In this document: positions 8,440 through 18,860 of the stretch, piece after piece | How the letters are laid out: the number at the start of each line of letters is the position of its first letter | Position numbering within the stretch: the first letter of the stretch is position 1 | Assembly (NCBI GenBank): GCA_041661365.1 | Contig: JBAZUN010000003.1 | Span: 1 to 40,835 of the forward strand | Length of the DNA: 40,835 bases | Direction: 5' to 3' | Source of the DNA: Candidatus Latescibacterota bacterium | Lineage (GTDB): Bacteria; Latescibacterota; UBA2968; UBA8231 | Program-made: the position numbers and the translations under genes | Notes under the pieces: model-generated | Told to the model about the DNA's origin: nothing | The model's input: only the letters and a program-made list of their open reading frames with translations | Databases searched by the model: none

Positions 8440-11208
8440 ATGAACAGAGCGACGTACCGCCTCCCGCCGACCCGGCGTCGGTGGGTCTTCCCATTGGCTA
8501 TCCTGTTGTCGGCCTGCCTGGTCGCCTCGGCATCGGCCGAGCCCCTTCAGGTCTATCCGCTGTCCGCCGACCTCGGCACGATCAAGGTGGGAGCCCGCAA
8601 GACGACCGAGGTTCAGGTCACCAACACCGGCACCGAGGCGATTGAGGTCGAGGTCACGGTCGACGGCCGCCTGTTCACCGTCTCGCCGGGCACGGTCCGT
8701 CTGGCCCCGGGAGAGAAACGACCGGTCGCGGTGTCCTTCTCCGCCGCGACCCCGGGAACCTACCAGGCCGAGCTGCTGCTGGCCCTCAAGGGGTTCCTGG
8801 CCACGCAGGAGGTCTCCGTCTCCCTGAAGGCCGCGGTCACCGCCGTCTCGGTCATCCTCGTGCCCGACCCGGCCGAGGGGCTGGCCCTGGGATCGGTGGC
8901 GGCCGGCGATACGGCCAAGCAGTCGGTGCTGGTGAGCAACGCCGGCGAGGTTCCGGTGGTCATCGACTCGGTGACCCTGGCGGCCGAGGACGGGGCCTTC
9001 GCGGTGCAGGTGCCGGCGCGTTCCGAGGTGCGCCCCGGCGACCGGCTGACCATCGCGGTGCGGTTCTCCCCCCCGACCGGCGAGCGGTACGAGAACCGGC
9101 TCGTCATCCACTCCGCTGACCTCAACCCCTCCCGCCAGGAATACGCCCTCACCGGCGACGGCCGGGTTCCCGACGCGGTCTTCTCGCCCCTGACCGACGT
9201 GGGCCTGACCTTCGGCGAGGTCGCCCTGGGCGAGACCCGCACCCTCGAGCTGACCGTGCTGAACCGCGGCCAGGCCGACCTGCGGATCGCCGAGGTGGAG
9301 ATCACCAGCGGCGCCTTTGCCACCACCTGGGACCCGACCACGGCGGCCCCGACCAGGCCGGGGCAGCGCCAGACCATCCCGATCGCCTTCCATCCCACGT
9401 ACGAAGGGCGGGCCAGCGGCCGGCTCATCGTCCACAGCAACGATCCGGAGCAGGGCGTGGCCGAGATCCCGCTGCTGGGCACGGCCCGCGGGAATCCGCC
9501 GCAGGTCGAGGTGCTGAGCGAGGAGCGGATGGAGTTTGGCAACGTGACCGTGGGCAAGCAGGAGCGCGACCAGCTCCTGCTCTGGAACCGGGGTGGGCTG
9601 CCGTATACGGTGGTCCTCGACCTGGAGGGGGAGGCGGCCGAGGACTACCTGCTCGAGAGCCCCTCGGTCGTCGTGCAACCCGCCGAGGTCCGCAAGGTGC
9701 CGATCCGGTTCAAGCCGCGGCAGAAGGGGGACCGCCGGGCCGAGCTGGTGGTCACCACCGAGTCGGGAACGCGTCGCATCGGCCTGCGGGGGATCGGCAA
9801 GTTCCTCGAGCTGTCGCCCCTGTCGGTCGACTTCGACCGGGTCGTGGTCGGCAAGACCGGGACGGTCCAGACCGAGATCCGCAACCTGGGGAACGCCGAT
9901 TTCACCGTGACCAGCGTGATCTCGACGAACCCGATCTTCACGGCCAAGTCGCCGGTCTCCGCCTCCTCCCGCTACGTGCTGCAGGCGGACACCCTCAAGT
10001 CCCTGCCGATCAGCCTCGGCTTCACCCCCCCGGGGCGGGGAGCCTTCAGCGGGGTGCTGCAGTTGCAGGGGTACTGGGACGACGCCCTGGAGACCCGCGA
10101 GCTCCTCCTCGGGGGCACCGGCATCGCCGCCGATCTGGAGCTCTACCCGGCCGGCCCGTACGAGTTCGACTACGTCGTCCTGGGTCAGGAGCTGGCCCAG
10201 TCGGTGGTGGCCACCAACACCGGCGACACCGACCTGAAGGTGGAGGCCCACGCCGAGTCGCCCGAGTTCCGCGTGGAACCGGCCGAGGCCTCGCTCGCCC
10301 CGGGCCAGGCCGCCACGCTCAAGCTGATCTTCACCCCGAGAGGCCTGGGCAGCCGCAGCGGCACCATCCGCCTCATCAGCAACGACGTGCGCGAGCGGGC
10401 CCTCGCCCTCCAGGTCAGGGGCAAAGGCGCCCTCGACAACGTCGACCTGGCGCGGGTGGTGTCGGTCCTCGGCTCGCGCAAGGGTAAAGCCGACACCCTC
10501 GAGGTGGCATGGACCAACACCCCCCTGGTGGTGGCCGACGAGACCAAGGTCGACGTGGTGCTGAACGTTCCCGAGGCCCTGCGGCCCGCCCTGGTCGGCC
10601 GGCGCTTCGACGTGGAGTGGATCCAGCTCGACAACAACTACGACGAGCAGGGCGGTCCACAGAAGACCGAGGTCCAGATCCTGGACGCCGGGGAGGAGCG
10701 GGTGCTGGCGGAGAAGCTGAGCCTCCGGCTGGTCGAGGCCGGTACTCGACGGGTGCGCCTCAAGGTCTCCACCCAGAACTACCCGGGGGCACCGGCCTAC
10801 GGCATCACCCAGATCCTCGAGGCCGGAGGATGGAAGTGGGAGTTCGAGGCCAAGCCGCTGGTCTCGTTCCTCTCCATCCGGCCGTCGCGGACCTACGTCG
10901 ACGACAAGGGGGACACGGTCAAGGGGGATACCGAACGGCTGGTGGGTCTGCCGGGGTTCGCCTTCTTCGGCTACCACAACGCCGAGAACCCGTCGATCTC
11001 CGGGGTCCACCTGACCGCCACCGGGAACGTTCTCGAGGCCCTGTCGACCGAAAACTCGATCGCGGTCTCTCTCGGGGTCTCGCTCTCGTTCTACAAGGAT
11101 CGCTTCATGTTCGGCGTGGGCTGGGACGTGTACGACCATCGTCCCAAGGCCAGACGCCGAGGCACGGCCGACTACATCACGACCTTCAAGTACTGGGGAC
11201 TTTTTTAG
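8440..11208 (+). CDS. secreted protein with six tandem Ig-like (ASH / choice-of-anchor-D-like) repeats and a C-terminal beta-barrel-like domain
   Basis: Signal peptide WVFPLAILLSACLVASASA. Six repeats of about 105 aa share the pattern L.FG.V.vG......l.v.N.G...l.v....…F.v......l.PG....l.v.F.P. The C-terminal ~250 aa have alternating-hydrophobic strands and end in YITTFKYWGLF. Confidence 0.85.
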   Translation: MNRATYRLPPTRRRWVFPLAILLSACLVASASAEPLQVYPLSADLGTIKVGARKTTEVQVTNTGTEAIEVEVTVDGRLFTVSPGTVRLAPGEKRPVAVSFSAATPGTYQAELLLALKGFLATQEVSVSLKAAVTAVSVILVPDPAEGLALGSVAAGDTAKQSVLVSNAGEVPVVIDSVTLAAEDGAFAVQVPARSEVRPGDRLTIAVRFSPPTGERYENRLVIHSADLNPSRQEYALTGDGRVPDAVFSPLTDVGLTFGEVALGETRTLELTVLNRGQADLRIAEVEITSGAFATTWDPTTAAPTRPGQRQTIPIAFHPTYEGRASGRLIVHSNDPEQGVAEIPLLGTARGNPPQVEVLSEERMEFGNVTVGKQERDQLLLWNRGGLPYTVVLDLEGEAAEDYLLESPSVVVQPAEVRKVPIRFKPRQKGDRRAELVVTTESGTRRIGLRGIGKFLELSPLSVDFDRVVVGKTGTVQTEIRNLGNADFTVTSVISTNPIFTAKSPVSASSRYVLQADTLKSLPISLGFTPPGRGAFSGVLQLQGYWDDALETRELLLGGTGIAADLELYPAGPYEFDYVVLGQELAQSVVATNTGDTDLKVEAHAESPEFRVEPAEASLAPGQAATLKLIFTPRGLGSRSGTIRLISNDVRERALALQVRGKGALDNVDLARVVSVLGSRKGKADTLEVAWTNTPLVVADETKVDVVLNVPEALRPALVGRRFDVEWIQLDNNYDEQGGPQKTEVQILDAGEERVLAEKLSLRLVEAGTRRVRLKVSTQNYPGAPAYGITQILEAGGWKWEFEAKPLVSFLSIRPSRTYVDDKGDTVKGDTERLVGLPGFAFFGYHNAENPSISGVHLTATGNVLEALSTENSIAVSLGVSLSFYKDRFMFGVGWDVYDHRPKARRRGTADYITTFKYWGLF

Positions 11209-11320
11209 GACCCTGTCGAAGGATCCGCTTCGTTGCCCACGGCCGCTTCCCGGCGACCGCGGGCGAATTTTAATCGTTGCCTGGTCCATGCCCTCGCCAG
11301 CTCCCTCCACGGCCTGCCCC

Positions 11321-11349
11321 TTGACAACTGAACGCATGTTTAGTATTGT
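11321..11349 (+). promoter_or_regulatory. strong sigma70-like promoter
   Basis: TTGACA (11321-11326) - 17 nt - TATTGT (11344-11349), inside a locally AT-rich patch. Confidence 0.5.
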
Positions 11350-11355
11350 TCAAAT

Positions 11356-11779
11356 GTGCAGCGCTTATCTTCCACACGTGGAGAAGACAGCGTGGTACCC
11401 ACCTTCACCCGGCGCTCCGAGTGGTTGGCCTGGGCCCTGTCAGCCGGAGGTACTGGCTACCTCTGCCTGCGCATCGGGCTCGCGCTTCTGCTCACCTAGC
11501 CTCCGTGACCACCCCCCGGACGGCCCTCCCGCGAGGACGTCCACGGTCGTTCCCGGCCGCCGGACTCTCCGGTTGACTTGCCGGCCGGATTCTCCTTCAT
11601 TTATCCCTGTTCCCCTGCGCCCAGCAGCCCGTGGCAGCGATGTAACCTCGCGCCCGCCGGCCCGGTACCATCGAGGTTGACCCGCGACCAACGGCAGGCT
11701 GCCCGGTAAGGGGGCGCCTCCCGCTCTCCGCGCACGTTTCCGCGCGTCACCGAGAGAAGCTAGCCACGGTCTTGCCACG
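11356..11779 (+). other. about 420 nt structured non-coding leader or ncRNA (unassigned)
   Basis: No protein-like ORF. Several GC-rich hairpins: 11368-11387, 11447-11463, 11518-11542, 11560-11572. Lies downstream of the promoter at 11321. Confidence 0.3.
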
Positions 11780-12226
11780 GTGCAGGAGAGGTTAGTCTGG
11801 CTGCTGGCCGTTGCGGCCGGAGCCATCCTGCTGGTTGCCGCTTTCTGGCAGCGCCCCGACAGTGGCGCCGCCACCGGCGCCCTCCCTGACCCCAGCGCCC
11901 CAGTTACTCCGCCTCCCCGGGTTTCTCAACCCGTTCGGGTGGAGGTGCTCAACGGCTGCGGTAAGCCGTTGATCGCCGGACGCATGACCAAGAAGGCCCG
12001 GGCCGCGGGCATGGACGTGATCGACGAGGGGAATGCCGAGAGCTTCGGCTTCCTCGAGAGCGTGGTGATCGATCGGCGGGGCAACCCGGCCAAGGCCCGC
12101 GAGGTGGCGGCGGTCCTGGGGATCCCGCGGTGCATCCAGCAGGTGCGCGATGACCCCTCGCGGCTGGCGGAGGTCTCCATCGTCATCGGCCGCGATTACC
12201 GGCAACTCCGACTCTTCGATCCCTGA
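11780..12226 (+). CDS. LytR C-terminal domain-containing membrane protein
   Basis: GTG start. N-terminal TM helix LVWLLAVAAGAILLVAAFW followed by a VRVEVLNGCGKPLIAGRM LytR_C-type pattern. Confidence 0.7.
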   Translation: MQERLVWLLAVAAGAILLVAAFWQRPDSGAATGALPDPSAPVTPPPRVSQPVRVEVLNGCGKPLIAGRMTKKARAAGMDVIDEGNAESFGFLESVVIDRRGNPAKAREVAAVLGIPRCIQQVRDDPSRLAEVSIVIGRDYRQLRLFDP

Positions 12227-12254
12227 GCCTCCCCTGAAAGGAGATCCCCCGCCG

Positions 12255-12673
12255 ATGAGTCTGTCCCAGGAGGAGCGGTTGGCCACGATCGTGGCCGCCT
12301 TGCAGGACAAGAAGGCTTCCGACGTCGTGGTCATGGACCTGAGGTCGCTGACCGACGCGGTCGACTGGTTCGTGATCTGCACCGCCACCTCTGACCAGCA
12401 CGTCCGGAGCCTGACGGACGAGGTAACGCGCCGACTGCGGGAGACCGGGGATCGGCCCTGGCACGTGGAGGGGTACGAGGCCCGCCGCTGGGTCCTGATC
12501 GACTGCGTCGACATCGTCGTCCACCTGTTCCGCCGCGAGACGAGGGAGTTCTACGCCCTGGAGCGGCTCTGGGGGGACGCCCCCCACATCCGCCACGCCA
12601 GCTCCTGGGACGGCGAGTCGGCCGAGGACGAGGCCGCGCCGGTGCCGGGCGAGATGGTTTTTTCGAGGCCCTG

Positions 12674-12674
<1 letters not shown>
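12255..12674 (+). CDS. rsfS: ribosome silencing factor
   Basis: ATG 12255 preceded by AAAGGAG. Motifs: KKASDVVVMDL, DWFVICTATSDQHVRS, VVHLF..E.REFYALERLW. Confidence 0.9.
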
Positions 12675-13755
<1,081 letters not shown>

Positions 13756-13759
<4 letters not shown>

Positions 13760-14508
13760 AGGTCCCGTCCGTCGCTCTGGCATCGGCCATCGCGATCGGC
13801 CTCGTCTGGGCCGGCCCGGTTTCCGCAGCCGCCGCTCAGACCGCCGCCGAAACCTTTGATCCGGAGTCCCTGCAGGAGGACCTGCTGCTGATCCCGTCGG
13901 CAGCACCGGAGACGCCGTCGATCACGGAGACGTCGGCTCCGGCTGCCGCACCCTCCCGGGAAGCGGAGGGCGCGACCGTCTTCCGGGTCCAACTGGCAGC
14001 GCTGAGCAGCCTCGAGGCGGCCAACCGGCTTCGCGACGAGCTGGCCGGACAGCTCGGGGTGCCGCTGGTCGTGGAGACCGAGCACGGCCTGTTCCTGGTC
14101 CGCGCCGGAGCCTTTACCACCGCCGAGGTGGCCGGCCGGTTCCGCGACGAGCTGCGTCTCCGACGCCCTAACCTCACCACGGCCTACGTCGTGCTCGGCG
14201 GCGGGAGCCCGCCTCCGGAATCGGGCGCGGCGGCCGCGGCGCCGCCGGCGATGGAGACCACCTTCGGCTGGCGGATCCTGCTCGACCAATTCCTCGCCCC
14301 CGAGGACGCCGACCGCCTGCGACAGGAGGCCATCCTCAACCTGGAGCGGACCGACGTGGAGGTCGTCTTCAGCGCCCCCTGGCACCGGGTTGAGGTCGGC
14401 AACTTCCGGACCGAATCCGAGGCTCAGGAGGCTCTGACCAGCGTCCGGTACGTCTATCCGGACGCCCTGAAGATCCGCGGCCAGATCCTCGTCCCCGGGG
14501 AGCCCTAG
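13756..14508 (+). CDS. SPOR domain-containing protein (two SPOR repeats)
   Basis: GTG overlaps the mtnA stop. Signal peptide present. Two SPOR-like segments: FRVQLAALSSLEAANRLRDEL..LFLVRAGAF and WRILLDQF..WHRVEVGNFRTESEA. Confidence 0.8.
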
Positions 14509-14511
14509 CGG

Positions 14512-16542
14512 ATGCCGCTCCTCCTCCTGCTGCTCCTCCTGCCCCTGATGAGCGGCTGCGCCCCGTGGCACCGCGGCGCGAGCCTGCCCGAATCCCCGGC
14601 GGCCGCCGACTCGCTGCAGCTCGACGAATGGTCCGGCGGACCGGCCGACGCGGGACTGCTCACGGCCCGCTGGTACCTGCTCCGGGCCCAGGAGGCCCAG
14701 CTCGACGGACGTTTCGAACAGGCCCAGGAGGACCTGGACGCGGCGTATAAAGCCGTCACCGGCCTGGACGTGGAGGAGGTCGACGAGGAGGAGACACAGC
14801 CGATCCTGGCAACCATCGAGCAGGCCTACCTCGAGCTGATCCCCCATCTCAAGAGCTTCTCTCCGGACAGCCCGCTGGTCCTGCTGCTCGAGGGGATCTC
14901 GGAGGAGCGGATCGAGAGCCTGCCCCCGGATGCCACCGAGCTGGTGCGCATCCACCAGCTCAGCCAGCGCTGCGACCTGCCGATCGACGCCAACGCCAAG
15001 GTCGCGGCGAGCATCCACTTCTTCCAGACCCGCGGCCGGGCCACCTACCTGGGCTGGCTGAAGCGCTCGGGCCGGTACCGCGACCTGGTCCTGCGGATCC
15101 TGGCCCAGGAGGGCGTCCCGACCGATCTGCTCTACCTGGCCATGATCGAGAGCGGCTTCAACCCGCACGCCTATTCGCGGGCCAAGGCGGTCGGGATGTG
15201 GCAGTTCATGGCCGAGACCGGCCGCGAGGAGGGACTGCGGCAGGACCAGTGGGTCGACGAGCGCCGCGATCCGGTGCGGGCCACCCGGGCCGCGGCCCGC
15301 TATCTGCGCGATCTCTACGCCGAGTTCCAGGACTGGCGTCTGGCCCTGGCCGCGTACAACGGGGGCGCGGGAAGGGTCTCCCGGGCCATCGCCCGGGCCG
15401 GACACCGCGACTACTGGCGGTTGGAGCTGCCGCGCGAGACCCAGAGCTACGTGCCCCTGTTCATGGCCGCGGCGGCGATCGCCAAGGATCCCGCGCTGTG
15501 GGGACTCGAGCCGGCCTCACCCGATCCGCCGTTCACCTTCGACGAGATCGAGCTGCCGGCCGACCTGGCCGCGATCGACCTCAAGACCGCCGCGCGCAGC
15601 CTGCAGGTCAACCTGACGGTCCTGCGCGAGCTGAACCCGGAGCTGCGCCAGCGGCTGACCCCACCGCGCAAGAGCGGTCAAACCTCGTACCGTCTCCGGG
15701 TTCCGGCCGGCTCAGGAGCGGGATTCCTGGCCCGGTACACCGCCCTGCCGGCCGCCGAGCGGCAGGCCGTGCGGCAGTACAAGGTCCGGCGGCGGGATAC
15801 CCTGTCCAGCATCGCGCAGAAGCTCGGCGTCGATCGCCGCGCCCTGGCCCAGGCCAATCGCCTGAAGAATCCCAATCGACTCCATCCCGGGCAGGTGCTG
15901 CGCATCCCCACCGCCGACGGTGCCGTGGAAGAGCCCGAGGCCGTAGCGGCGGCGGCCGACGACGGACCGGCGCCGGTCCACGACCGCAAGATCCACACGG
16001 TCAAGCGCGGCGAAACCCTGAGCGCCATTGCCCGGCGGTACGGGATCACCACCCGCAACCTGACCACCTGGAATCACCTGAAGAGCACGCGGCTGCAGCC
16101 GGGCGACCGACTGAGCGTGTGGCTGCCCAGCGCCGGAGGTGCCACGGCGGCCTCGCCGCCCAAGCGCCAGACCCCCCAGACCTCGAAGGAGCAGAAGCCG
16201 GCCTCGCGGCCGCAATACCACACCGTCAAGTCGGGCGAGTCCCTGTGGAGTCTGTCCCGTTCGCTCGGGGTGTCGGTGGCCGAGCTGAAGACCTGGAACA
16301 ACCTGAAGGGCACGGCCCTTCGTCCCGGCCAGCGCCTGACGGTGCGACCGTCGAAGGCCGGACAGCCGAAGACCGGCTCGCGCTCCGTCCGGTACACCGT
16401 GGTCAAGGGCGACACCCTGTCCAGCATCGCCCGCCGCTTCGGGATCGAAACCCACGACCTCGCCCGGCAGAACAACCTGAAGATCTCCAGCACCTTGCTG
16501 GCCGGCACCACCCTGACGATCCAGACCAGGAGCGGTCGCTAG
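14512..16542 (+). CDS. mltD: lipoprotein lytic transglycosylase with four LysM domains (MltD-like)
   Basis: Lipobox LMSGC. SLT catalytic region LYLAMIESGFNPHAYSRAKAVGMWQFM. Four LysM repeats (e.g. YKVRRRDTLSSIAQKLGV, HTVKRGETLSAIARRYGI). Confidence 0.85.
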   Translation: MPLLLLLLLLPLMSGCAPWHRGASLPESPAAADSLQLDEWSGGPADAGLLTARWYLLRAQEAQLDGRFEQAQEDLDAAYKAVTGLDVEEVDEEETQPILATIEQAYLELIPHLKSFSPDSPLVLLLEGISEERIESLPPDATELVRIHQLSQRCDLPIDANAKVAASIHFFQTRGRATYLGWLKRSGRYRDLVLRILAQEGVPTDLLYLAMIESGFNPHAYSRAKAVGMWQFMAETGREEGLRQDQWVDERRDPVRATRAAARYLRDLYAEFQDWRLALAAYNGGAGRVSRAIARAGHRDYWRLELPRETQSYVPLFMAAAAIAKDPALWGLEPASPDPPFTFDEIELPADLAAIDLKTAARSLQVNLTVLRELNPELRQRLTPPRKSGQTSYRLRVPAGSGAGFLARYTALPAAERQAVRQYKVRRRDTLSSIAQKLGVDRRALAQANRLKNPNRLHPGQVLRIPTADGAVEEPEAVAAAADDGPAPVHDRKIHTVKRGETLSAIARRYGITTRNLTTWNHLKSTRLQPGDRLSVWLPSAGGATAASPPKRQTPQTSKEQKPASRPQYHTVKSGESLWSLSRSLGVSVAELKTWNNLKGTALRPGQRLTVRPSKAGQPKTGSRSVRYTVVKGDTLSSIARRFGIETHDLARQNNLKISSTLLAGTTLTIQTRSGR

Positions 16543-17039
16543 TGCGCGTGGTGCGGCATATCCTGCTGCTGCTGCTGGCCTTCGTCCTCCAGACGACGTG
16601 GCTGCACCTGTTCGCCGTATCCGGGCTGCGGCCCGATCTCATCCTGGTGGTCCTGGTCCACGTCGCCCTGCGCAGTCCACAATTGGAATCGACCGTCCTG
16701 GGGTTCGGCGCCGGCTTTCTGCAGGACCTGTACTCACCGGCCGACCTGGGCCTGAACGCCCTGGCCAAATCCCTGGTCGGCTTTACCGTGAGCTACGGCC
16801 GCACCGGCGTGGTGGCCGACAGCGTACAGGTGCAGATCGCCTTCCTCTGCGGCTCGGTGGTGGTGCACGACCTGATCTGCTACCTCGGTTCGAGCGGGGT
16901 AACCTTGGCCACGGCACCGGGGTACTGGCTCGGACACGGCCTGGGGCAGGGGCTCTATACCTGCGTCCTCGGGACGCTGGTCTCGGGGGCGATGCTGGGC
17001 CGGCGCTGGCTGCTGACCGGGAACAGGCCCGAGCCATGA
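16542..17039 (+). CDS. mreD: rod shape-determining protein MreD
   Basis: GTG at 16542 overlaps the previous stop; GTGs at 16548/16551 are alternatives. Polytopic hydrophobic protein of about 165 aa immediately upstream of mrdA, with the stop overlapping the mrdA ATG (ATGA). Confidence 0.75.
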   Translation: MRVVRHILLLLLAFVLQTTWLHLFAVSGLRPDLILVVLVHVALRSPQLESTVLGFGAGFLQDLYSPADLGLNALAKSLVGFTVSYGRTGVVADSVQVQIAFLCGSVVVHDLICYLGSSGVTLATAPGYWLGHGLGQGLYTCVLGTLVSGAMLGRRWLLTGNRPEP

Positions 17040-18838
17040 TCTCCCGCCCGCCCAACGCCCAGCCGCGCCCCGTGCGGGAGGTGATGGCGTGCGTCTTCCT
17101 CCTCTTCGCCATCCTGGCCCTGAGATTGTTCTACCTGCAGATCACCACCTCCGCGGGGTATGCCCGCGAGTCGGACGAGAACCGCATCGCCCAGAAGCGG
17201 GTAAAGGCTCCCAGGGGCGTGATCTACGCCCGCGGCGGGGAGATGCTGGCCCGGAACCGGGTGTTCTACACCGTCTCCACCGAGCGCCCGGCGCGGCGCG
17301 ATTTCGACGCGATCGTGGCCGCCTTGAAGCCGATCGTCGGGGAGGATCGGGTAGCCACCCGGTACAGCCGCGGTCAGCGCTCGATCCGCCTGACCCGCGA
17401 CATCGACTTCAGCACCGTCTCGGTCGTCGAGGAGCAGCTCAGCGATCAGTGGCCGGAGCTGTTCATCGAGATCGAGGCGCAGCGGGACTATCCCTATGGA
17501 GCCACCGCGGCCCATCTCCTCGGCTACATGGGGGTGATCCAGGAGGACAACCTGGCCGCGATCCAGGGGAAGGGGTACCTGCCCGACGACTACATCGGGC
17601 GAACCGGGGTGGAGAAGGTTTTCGAGGACACCCTGCGCGGCCGCGACGGGGTCCGCTTCGTCGAGGTCGACGCCGAAGGGCGTATCCGGCGGGAGTTCGC
17701 CGGCCGCGAGCAGGTCGCCGAGTCGGGACACGACCTGCACCTGACCATCGACCTCAAGGTGCAGCAGGCGGCGGAGAAGGCCCTCCCCGACACCCTGGCC
17801 GGGGCGGTGGTCGCCCTCGACCCGCAGACCGGCGCCGTTCTCGCCATGGCCAGCAAGCCCGGCTTCGACCCCAACATCTTCGTCTCCTTCTCGGCGCAGG
17901 ACGAACGTCAGCGGGTGCTGCAGAGCGAGACCACCCTGCTCAACCGGACCATCCGCGGCCGCTATCCCCCGGGCTCGACCATGAAGATGGTCTCGGCGGT
18001 GGCCGGCCTCGAGACCGGCGCGACCGATACCCTGAGCGCCTTCGCTCCCTGCTCGGGGAGCCTGCGGGTGGGGAGCGCGGTCTTCCACTGCATGCACAAC
18101 CGGGGTCACGGCGCCCTGAACCTGCAGGGGGCGCTCGAGGTCTCCTGCAACATCTACTTCCTGCACCTGGCCCAGCACCTCGGCTTCGACACCTGGTACT
18201 CCTACGCCTCCCGGTTCGGCTTCGGTCAACCGACCGGGCTCGAGCTGGTGCCCGGCGAGTCGGCCGGCCTCCTCCCCTCGCGCGCCTACTTCAAGGAGCG
18301 GGGCGGGTACAGCCTGGGGCACCTGATGAACCTGGCCATCGGTCAGGGAGCCATGCTGGTCACGCCGGTGCAGATGGCCAGGTACGTCTCGGCGATCTGC
18401 AACGGCGGGTACCTGGTGACGCCCCACCTGTGCGGTCCGACGCCCCCCCCGCGACGGATCACCGGCGTCTCGGACCGCACCATCGAGACGGTCAAACGGG
18501 CCATGCGGCGGGTCGTGCAGGGGGACCGGGGCACCGGCCGTCGCGCGCGGATCGACGGTCTCGACGTCGGCGGCAAGAGCGGCACGGCTCAGGGCCCGCG
18601 CGAAGACGACGACGCCTGGTTCGTGGCCTTTGCCCCCTACTACCGGCCCACCATCGCCGTGGCCGTGGTGGTGGAGGCCGGCGGCAGCGGCGGTGCCGTG
18701 GCCGGTCCCGTGGCCCGCGAGGTCATCAAGGCCTACCTGCGGCCCGAGGAGCAGGAAGAGGAGGAGAGCGTCCCGGCCGGCGAGACCCCGGCCGCCGCCG
18801 CGGCTCCCGCCCCCGCCGACTTCTGGGCCCTGCGGTGA
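17036..18838 (+). CDS. mrdA: penicillin-binding protein 2 (elongasome transpeptidase)
   Basis: N-terminal TM helix. Transpeptidase motifs: STMK (PGSTMK), SCN, KSGTA. Confidence 0.9.
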   Translation: MISRPPNAQPRPVREVMACVFLLFAILALRLFYLQITTSAGYARESDENRIAQKRVKAPRGVIYARGGEMLARNRVFYTVSTERPARRDFDAIVAALKPIVGEDRVATRYSRGQRSIRLTRDIDFSTVSVVEEQLSDQWPELFIEIEAQRDYPYGATAAHLLGYMGVIQEDNLAAIQGKGYLPDDYIGRTGVEKVFEDTLRGRDGVRFVEVDAEGRIRREFAGREQVAESGHDLHLTIDLKVQQAAEKALPDTLAGAVVALDPQTGAVLAMASKPGFDPNIFVSFSAQDERQRVLQSETTLLNRTIRGRYPPGSTMKMVSAVAGLETGATDTLSAFAPCSGSLRVGSAVFHCMHNRGHGALNLQGALEVSCNIYFLHLAQHLGFDTWYSYASRFGFGQPTGLELVPGESAGLLPSRAYFKERGGYSLGHLMNLAIGQGAMLVTPVQMARYVSAICNGGYLVTPHLCGPTPPPRRITGVSDRTIETVKRAMRRVVQGDRGTGRRARIDGLDVGGKSGTAQGPREDDDAWFVAFAPYYRPTIAVAVVVEAGGSGGAVAGPVAREVIKAYLRPEEQEEEESVPAGETPAAAAAPAPADFWALR

Positions 18839-18860
18839 CCCGCCCCCGCCGAACGACGCC

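Noticed and set aside
8401-11337. 978-aa ORF on the minus strand opposite the repeat-protein gene.
   Set aside because: It is Arg/Gly/Pro/Asp-rich with no motifs, which is typical of a shadow ORF in high-GC DNA. The plus-strand frame has a signal peptide and six coherent Ig-like repeats.
11356-11779. Fragmentary resemblance on the minus strand to RNase P P4 (GGAGAGTCCGG) and to cobalamin-riboswitch strings (GAGAATCCGG, AAGTC..CCGGAGA).
   Set aside because: Other obligatory conserved blocks are absent (for example GGGTGCCAGGTAACGCC and ACAGAACCCGGCTTA for RNase P, or CCCGCCACTGT for B12). On the minus strand there is no downstream gene to regulate.
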